64,000 bases of DNA from Octopus vulgaris. Lineage: Eukaryota. Below are positions 55,692-64,000 of the stretch, in pieces. The notes beneath the pieces were generated by a model. The model did not search any database and had not been told where the DNA came from. It worked only from the letters and a program-made list of their open reading frames with translations. The stretch lies in NCBI GenBank assembly GCA_951406725.2, contig OX597823.1:69502001-69566000 (forward strand), written 5' to 3'. The position numbers were made by a program, and so were the translations under genes. Each line of letters starts with the position of its first letter. Position 1 is the stretch's first letter.

Positions 55692-56199
55692 TAAACTTTT
55701 ACCCACCACCATTTGAATATTTGCCTGCCTGTTGCATAGATACACACAGACAACTATCATGCATAATTGTAGCATTTGCATGAAGTTGAATCCCAGTGTA
55801 GGAAGTTTGTGCAGGTAATTATACTTTAAACGACTGCGATATATATAATAACGTTCCATCTTGTTCGCATGTAGCAACATTCAGTTATCATGTTTTATTT
55901 TTGGACAGCTGTTACATAATATTTATATAGCTCTTTCTATATCTATAACTATCAATCGGTCTGTCTACCCGTGTTCTCATCAATGAAAACAGAAAGCAGC
56001 TCGTCTGATGAAAAGTTATGATCGCGAAAGCTCTATTACAATACGCATTAAATGTTACACCGTCAATGTGACTTCGAGACGAGATTTAGCTATTTTGATA
56101 TTTCTTTACGTTATTCTGTACCTGAGGTTGGTAAAAGAAAATGGTAAAAGAAAAAAATAATAACGCCACACCCGCTATCATCAATTGGAGTTCGATCAA

Positions 56200-56595
56200 G
56201 AATACAACGAGTGAAACGGAGTTTCTACAAAGAATACCTGGAGTTACATTACTCGACAAGGGACGTAGCTCGGAATTGAGGGAGGTCGGGCCGCGACTTC
56301 TCAGCACTAAAAGATTTCAGCTCCGATACGACTGACATTGAATTAGAATGCAGCAGGAAAGAACCGCAAGGCAGATTTTTCAAGCCAAGACAAGCCTACC
56401 AGGCAAGAGACTTAGTTTTTTCGGCTGAGGTCGAGTTAGAAGGATACTATGTATAGATTCATTTGGTCACACTTGGAAATAAAACCGGAAAGTGAAATAA
56501 CGGTTGCTTCTGATAGGACCCTATGGGAGAAGTGCCTGATGAGCAAAAGAAAACGACCCACCACCACCACCAGGATTAGTAGGCAGAAAAGATTA
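56200..56595 (+). mobile_element. RTE-clade (Rex3/Expander-like) LINE 3' fragment
   Basis: SETEFLQRIPGVTLLDKGRSSELRE..QLRYD*H*IRMQQERTARQIF. Confidence 0.75.
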
Positions 56596-57219
56596 ATAGT
56601 TGGATTGATAATGTGCCACTTTGTTGCATTGTATTTCTCATCCGTTCGTCCATTTGCTTTCAATAATACTTCACTGGTTGCTTGTTATTATTATTTGTCC
56701 AACAATATACTCGTCAATTAAACCATGCATATCTGCGTCAGCCTACAGTCAACAATCTGTGTTTCTGTGTGTGAAATCTATGTATGATTTTAGAAATTTC
56801 TTCACATAAATTTATATAACTTTTATATTTTGCAAGATGATAACGTGAACAGAGCTTAAAAACGCGCGCTTGTTTACCAGCAGAATGCTACGCCATTATC
56901 GATTATAATCCACTCTCGGCCGGGAAATGATGGATGTACGAAATGTTTAAGTGTTTATAATCCTAACAATTGCAAACTTATAAACACCTACACACACATA
57001 CTCACACACAATATATACATAAGTATATGTGTCGGTGTAAGGACTAGTGGTTTCTCTTCTATAAATGAAAATGCATTTACGCATACACAGACAAAAATAC
57101 AGACACACACATGTGTGAAGAGAGGGAGAAAGAAATTTGTGTGTATACGTATTTACATTGACATATACACACATACATTCATATATATATATATATATAT
57201 GTATATACATATATATCTA

Positions 57220-57259
<40 letters not shown>

Positions 57260-57382
57260 CATATATATCTACATATATATATACATATACGTGCATATAT
57301 ATATATATACAAATACATATATACATACATATATATATATATGTATGTATATATATGTGCGTGTGTGTGTGTAGATGTAGAC

Positions 57383-57417
<35 letters not shown>

Positions 57418-57452
57418 GATTGATAGTTATAGATGTAGTCAACTATGATAAC

Positions 57453-57512
<60 letters not shown>

Positions 57513-58447
57513 TTTTCAGCTGTTAAAATATATAACAAGTAAAACAGTGATGGATTTAGAGAGTAGACTATAAACCTATTAACTGAAGACTGATATGAAA
57601 ACACGATAGAAAATTATAGATTGTCGTAGGAAATAGAAAGAGTACAGACGTGTGAGAAATGTGTTGAATAAATATAAATAGTGGAGCCATATAAAATTGA
57701 TTTCCGATAACTGTTGGAGAAATATTTATATAATGGTCAAATGCTGTTTAAATATTCTTGTTTGGTAATATTCAGAATGCCAAGTCAGTGAAAGCTGAAG
57801 ACAGAAGTAAATATAGAAATAGAGAATAGGCATAAAATTTGAAGCTTATCATTGATGAATTCTCTATGGCTAAGGGCTAAATATTAAATTAAATTCCTAA
57901 AACGTTTTACCCCTCTATCATATTCATATGTCAGCGATAAAGTCACGGTAGTGCTCAATATCCTGACACAGATATGAGACGACAGACTACTCGATCTCAA
58001 CGAATTGAACACTATGCAATAAGACAAGAGTAATCTTTTACTAATTTAAAATCTTATTCTTTTACTTATTTCTGTCATTAGAAAACGGCCTTAGTGGTGC
58101 ACCCCAATGAAGGATTTTCAGTCGTCTATATCGATTCCAAAACGTATTTTTTTAAAACCTGGTATTTACTTAACTGATTCATACATGTCCACACACAATA
58201 TAGTTTTTATACATGCAAACTCCGTCCCTTTCTCCTGCTTTCTTTCTTTCTCTTTCTCTCTCTCTCTCTCACACACACACACAAACACACATACATAGAC
58301 ACACAGTGTATGTATGGGTGTACAAAACCCATACATATATGGTTATTCGTTTATACAGTTTTTATGTCTGTCCGTGTAGAATTTGTTGGGTAGTAGATGA
58401 CAAAAGAATAGATATATGCCTTGCATATTGGAATATCACAATGATTT

Positions 58448-58480
<33 letters not shown>

Positions 58481-59012
58481 TAAATATCCTTGTGTAACTC
58501 CGTCGAAATGAACATTTACTAACTTTCTTTCCTATACACACATATAGACCATATAGATACACAAATGTACTACTATATACACAGGCACATATAAACACAC
58601 ACACACACACACGCATATATATATTTAGAGAAATAGGGAAGGAGGGAGAGGTAGAGAGATAGAGAGAAATATTCTTACATAGCTATATTCAAATATTAAA
58701 TACTTCCTAGGATATATTTTCATGAGAATTCTCCAATCAATAATGTAGATACTATTTCGGACGATGAATATCAATAGAGTCTTCATTTGAATAACCTCCT
58801 GTCGAACATTGATTACATGCTACCATCTGAAAACAGCAGGTTTTTTTGTTTTTTTTCTCTACTTCTCCCTTTTCTAAAGCACTGCTGAAAATGTCTTGTT
58901 AAATATCAAATAAGCTTGTTATTGTTGTTGCAGTAGCTTAGTTTTGATCAGTTCTGTCTGATCATATAAACGTATAATCCAAAGCATCGACTATCTAGCC
59001 ATGACCAGCGTA

Positions 59013-59109
<97 letters not shown>

Positions 59110-59111
59110 AT

Positions 59112-59281
59112 AGAGGCGCATGGTTCAGTAGTTAGAGCGTTGGGCTCACAATCATGAGGTAGCGAGTTTGATTCCCAGAGCGGGCCGTGTGTTGTGTTCT
59201 TGTGCAAGACACTTTATTTCACGTTGCTCCAGTTCACTCAACTCTAGAAATGAGTTACGACGTCACTGGTTCCAAGCTGTG
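59112..59281 (+). mobile_element. 5' part of a tRNA-derived SINE (family of the 43047 copy)
   Basis: GAGGCGCATGGTTCAGTAGTTAGAGCG A box, GTTTGATTCC B box, and TTCTTGTGCAAGACACTTTATTTCACGTTGCTCCAG. Confidence 0.8.
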
Positions 59282-59319
59282 TTCCAAGAAGTATCATAGA
59301 GGGCAAATGGGCGAACGCT

Positions 59320-59514
59320 AGGAATACTTGCGGTCATGCTGGAACAGCGCCTTCTTAATCGAACAAGTGGACCCTAGGACTTATTCTTTATAAGCCTAGT
59401 ACTTATTCTATCGGTTTCTTTTGACAAAACGCTAAATTGTTGGGACATAAGCACACAAACATCGGTTGTCAAGCGATGGTTGAGGGAGAAACACAGGCAC
59501 ACACACACATACAA

Positions 59515-59565
<51 letters not shown>

Positions 59566-59724
59566 ACAGGCTTCTTTCAGTTTCCGTCTACCAAATCCAC
59601 TCACAAAGCTTTGGTCGGCCCGAGGCTATAGCAGAAGAAACTTGCCCACGGTGCCACGCAGTGGAAGTGAACCAGGAACAATGTGGTTTGGAAGCAAGCT
59701 TCTTACTACATAACCACGCTTGCG

Positions 59725-59727
<3 letters not shown>
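59320..59727 (-). mobile_element. Microsatellite-containing tRNA-derived SINE
   Basis: Full family profile in reverse orientation. Confidence 0.88.
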
Positions 59728-59794
<67 letters not shown>

Positions 59795-59899
59795 AAAAGA
59801 GAGAGAGAGAGAAAGAGAAAGAAACAGACAGACAGAGACAATTAAATATTACTATATATAATATAAATATATTAAAAATAGCTTGAATATGGAATACAA

Positions 59900-61534
59900 A
59901 ATATGTATATATGTATACGTGCAAAACAAGAGAAATCAAAGAGTGAAGACTTTCCGACGATGAATATTTTAGTATAAATGTATAGATATTTTTATTAAAA
60001 GATTCAACTTATACAGGGAACAAACGACGGAGAAAATTTAAGGAGTAAGTCCAAACTCTGTTTCTGAGGGCTCTGAGATCCATCATAATGTCGGTAGATC
60101 TATATGGTAGTTCATCACAATATGCAAGCTGTAATAGAAGCAATGAATATCAGATAAAAGGAGCCTCTGTCATTAGGGTAGGAAAGATCTTACTTTTCAG
60201 GTCATTGTGCAGAGAAGTTCAGAGGTAGAATAACTAAACATGGAGACCAAAGGGTATTAAAGAGAGGACGTAGGAGGGTCGGTGAGGTTATGGGGAAAGT
60301 TAAGACAGAGAATGGTGAGAGGAGATAAAGGAACTCATTCAGGAAGGACATGGGGTTAATAATGAGGGTATTAGGGGAGGTGGTAGTAGGGGTGAGGAGT
60401 TGGGAGATGAGCGGAAGGAGTAGGATAGATTGTAATTCGAGGGTAGCCAGTTGTTGTTGGGTTTGTGTGTAAGTGTCAAGGTTTAGGGATAATAGCTATA
60501 GAATTATTGGAAGTTAAGATAGTGAAAAAAGGGATGACAATTATTTGAGAGAGGTAAGTGTCACATTCGGCGGAGTGGGGGGATTATAAAGTATGAAGAA
60601 TAGTTTGAGAGAAAATATAGGGAGATGGACAGAGTGGGGGTAGGGTAAATCGGTGGTTAATACCATAAAGAAGGTAGGTTGGTAGTGAAGGGGGATTACT
60701 AAGATATTCAGAGTTATATGAAATTGAACAGAGGGAGGTGAATAGGGAGAGAGGGAAAGAGTTGTTGTTAAGTAGCTAATTGAGTTGGGTATTCGTAAGC
60801 TCTTTAGTTTAAAGAGAAGAAATGGGGAAAGAATATAACTTGTGAGAATGGGCTGACTATAAGGAAGTTGAAATGTGGTGGGTAAGAGGAAATTGCAAAG
60901 GTAATCATGAGAAGGAATAATTTAATAGAAAGGGTGGTATTAGTGGAGGAGTTAAGTTGGTAGCCCGACCTAGATGTACCCCAAATATAATTATAATTAA
61001 GGATAATCCTATTTATGCGATTAGATAGATTTGGTAAAATAGGCAAATGATGATTACAACTTGTATATACGAGAGAGTGTTACATCTGAGAATCTATTAA
61101 GTAATGAGGGGGTTGTGGTTGCGAAGGATGGTTAGCGATTCCCTTAAACACAATCAACAAATGCCGAGGTTTGTGTTGCATGGGGAAGCATCATTTATGA
61201 TGGACAAGGATAGGGTATAGGAAACATTTTGTGATCTGAGGTATTGTATATAAGGTGCTAAGGCAGTAGATAATTTAACATTTGGATTGGAGAAAGAGTC
61301 CATGTGTGCTCGGTAACAGCGCATGAAATCAACAGTGCCACCGATACAGACCCTTGCTTGGTGGGAACACGGTGTTAAAGCTTGGCACTTATAGACTAAA
61401 TTTTTGCGCATGCAGAACCCTTGAAGTAGGTAGAGTGGGGACACCCGACAATTGCAAGTTTTTCTATCGAAGTCAAACAGTCCTTACTGATGTGGCAAAA
61501 AATATTGCCGAAACTGCCCGGTCAGTACAGGGAA

Positions 61535-61535
<1 letters not shown>
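59900..61535 (-). mobile_element. Penelope-like element 3' part (GIY-YIG endonuclease plus long C/T-rich 3' UTR), degraded
   Basis: ORF 61154..61444 reads NCR..LQGFC..NLVYKC..CIGGTVDFMRCYRAHMDSF..STALAPYI..IC*LCLRE. The strongly strand-skewed 60100-61000 segment lies downstream. Confidence 0.8.
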
Positions 61536-61626
<91 letters not shown>

Positions 61627-61739
61627 GTGTGTATGTGTGTTTGTGTATTACATTTCCTTGTTTTTCCTTTCGCAACAGTTACGAATCAAAATACCAAAGG
61701 AAAAATATAGATGATTCTCACTCTCAGTTTCTCTCTCTT

Positions 61740-61770
<31 letters not shown>

Positions 61771-62684
61771 TTCTCTCTTCATTTTTTTCCTTCAAGTCTG
61801 TCAATATCCCTAATATACATGTTTTCCACATCAGAAATAAGTAGGTTTTTTGGTGCATTTGCCACTATTATTAGCTCCATACCAATTCTGCTTCATCTGA
61901 CCTATGAGATTAAATGTGGATCCAGACTTCACGATCTACCGTATTTTCAGTAATATACCATCCATACAACATGTCCTTCTTTTTCAAAATCTTTAGGGAA
62001 TGATAAGCGTGAGATTTAACTGCTATTTTTCACAACCCACTGACTACATGTAGCAGGCATTCCCTCGTTGATTTCATATATTTCTTCTAATTAGTGACTA
62101 TTTACAATTTGTTGTGTCCATTCCCCTCTTAGTAGTCTTAAGCATTTGGCTGCACCCCCAATTCTTCGTACCATATTCTTATCGAACAAATCATAAGTTT
62201 CAGACATATACTGGGATCGATATGTTTCTAAGAAATATTGATTTACAAATCAGAAAGAAATCATTATTCTAGGACTTTATCTTCTAGATGATGTTTCATA
62301 TAATTATATAATCCATTATATGTTTTACTTAAAATTTATCACAAAACTAAATTGAAATCTATAACTGTTACACTGTATATGTATAAATATCAATTCTGTT
62401 CTAGAAACACGGGTTGTTGTTATTGTTTTTTAGCTCAGTATTCTTGATTGATCAGAGGTATCCTGTAATCAAATGCACAGTAGTTTGAACATTCGGTTGT
62501 TTTATTAATTCACACGATGTCAAATATTAGACACACAAATACATATAGGGGCATTCAAACTCTAATGGAGTTGCAGGGATGACGTTGATATACAGTGTTC
62601 TCCCTGAACATTTTAAACAGTGCGAATTTCATCCGTCTGAGTTCTTTGACGGATAAACTTCTTCCAGAAATAAAGACATAAACG

Positions 62685-62830
62685 AAAAATCGACCCAGTA
62701 TGTTTACTAGTTCATATAGAGTCTGAAAAGCTGAGAGGTAAAGTTGACGTCAGTGAGAAATGAAATCCGGGCGTAGTAAACCGGAACAAATGCAGAGTGT
62801 TCTGACGACTCTGCTAATTCGCCGTCTTGT
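62685..62830 (-). mobile_element. Highly degraded SINE of the 2311 family
   Basis: ATCGACCCAGTA..GAAAAGCTGAGAGGTAAAGTTGAC..TCTGCTAATTCGCCGTCTT. Confidence 0.55.
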
Positions 62831-64000
62831 CTAAGACTATTGTATTCAATGTGTCATATTTGAAGACTGTACGATATGATCTGAGGTAGAATTTGTTACT
62901 TTCTCTAACAATGTAAACGACAGTAGCAGAGCTCTCAATTTGGCTCGTGAAATTAGGTAGTTTTCTACAGGTTCACAATCAAATTAATTCGAGTACATAA
63001 TAAAAAACAAATTAGACTATTGCAATGGTTTCCCATTGATATAATTCTGAAACCCAATATAGTTGAGTCATGTGTTCTCTAGATCAGGCAACAGAATATG
63101 GAATTACATTCGCCTGTCTAACATGTATTCCCTTTAACTTCGGTTGTATTTGGCCACGTAAAAATGATCACAGCAAGATTGACGTGAAATATGCAATGTA
63201 TAAGTTATAATAGCTGAACAGCTGTTTATTGTTTGACGATCAGTAAAGGCAGCAGGAAAACTTTGAGGAAAGAGAAAAAAACTATATTCAGTGAAAACCG
63301 CACGGAAACCGGACATATTATTGGACATATTGATAAATGAGACACAGAGAACTAGAGAAAAGTAGAGAATATATGAGAGAGAAAGAAGGGAGATTGATAG
63401 CGCTAGGAAGAAAGATAATTGATTTACTGTTCCCTTAATAACGTTAGATTATTGTCCCAAGATAAAATGATCTATTGAATAAAGAAGTCTGTATATCAGC
63501 AAAAAAAGTGGGGCGAAAAACTTGTAAACAGGCACCAATTTAGTCGTTGGCTGTTTCAGCCTCCCAAATATTTTTATATAAATATTTATTGAATATGGAA
63601 TGAATTTTACCACCTCTTTTGTCTTCTGAAGCTTGAAATATGATGCCGGTAATTGATTTTATATTCCTCATATAGGCACTGCTGTGTTACATCAAAGCTA
63701 ACATTTAATAACCGGGTTTCTGAGAGTAAAATAGAGCAAAATGTAAGAATTTGTTTTGAGGAAACCTTGGTATTCCGAGTTTTTACTTTCGGTTGGTGCA
63801 TCTAATGATGGAGCTACATCAAACCTTCGAATTTTCATTAAGTATATTAATCTTTACTACTAGACCTTTTACCACCGCGTCTCAATTTGGCAAATTGATA
63901 ACTCGCTTTAAAACATTCTGGTGGGCTGTCTATTTTTCTCGGCAAAACATTCCAGGTTTTAATGTCTTGTTATCTAACACACACACCGGTTGGATTTCCC

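Noticed and set aside
56000-56040. CTGATGA...GAAAGCTC hammerhead-like string
   Set aside because: No stem I and no convincing stem II.
60045-60095. Possible HHR at the 3' end of the minus-strand PLE
   Set aside because: Only GAAACAG and a TGATGG remnant are visible; the stems cannot be drawn reliably.
63450-63800. Minus-strand YKINYRHHISSF peptide suggesting a further PLE endonuclease (similarly the purine-skewed 42100-42450 segment)
   Set aside because: Single weak motifs; too degraded to call without a profile search.

Overview
AT-rich, microsatellite-saturated animal genomic DNA, intergenic or deep intronic. The SINE repertoire and repeat density point to an octopus (coleoid cephalopod) genome; this is recognition from memory, not a database result. 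No host protein-coding gene can be supported, and almost every ORF in the track is a translation of (AT)n, (AC)n, (ATAC)n or (AGAT)n repeats. The window holds many transposable-element copies: several tRNA-derived SINE families (some with clear target-site duplications), CR1-, RTE- and R4/Dong-like LINE fragments, mariner and hAT fossils, one complete non-autonomous Helitron, and at least three distinct Penelope-like element (PLE) remnants. The most interesting signal is a set of short non-coding fold-back elements embedded in or next to (TA)n tracts that carry hammerhead ribozyme (HHR) motifs. These include a perfect 136-bp palindrome with an intact-core HHR on both strands (48609-48744), an interleaved A-B-A'-B' element implying a tandem or circular template (33318-34021), and a fold-back element with a decayed HHR (2203-3062). 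Three of these HHRs share a non-canonical U.U pair at the base of stem II. Coordinates of degraded elements are approximate, and all alignments and folds were done by eye.
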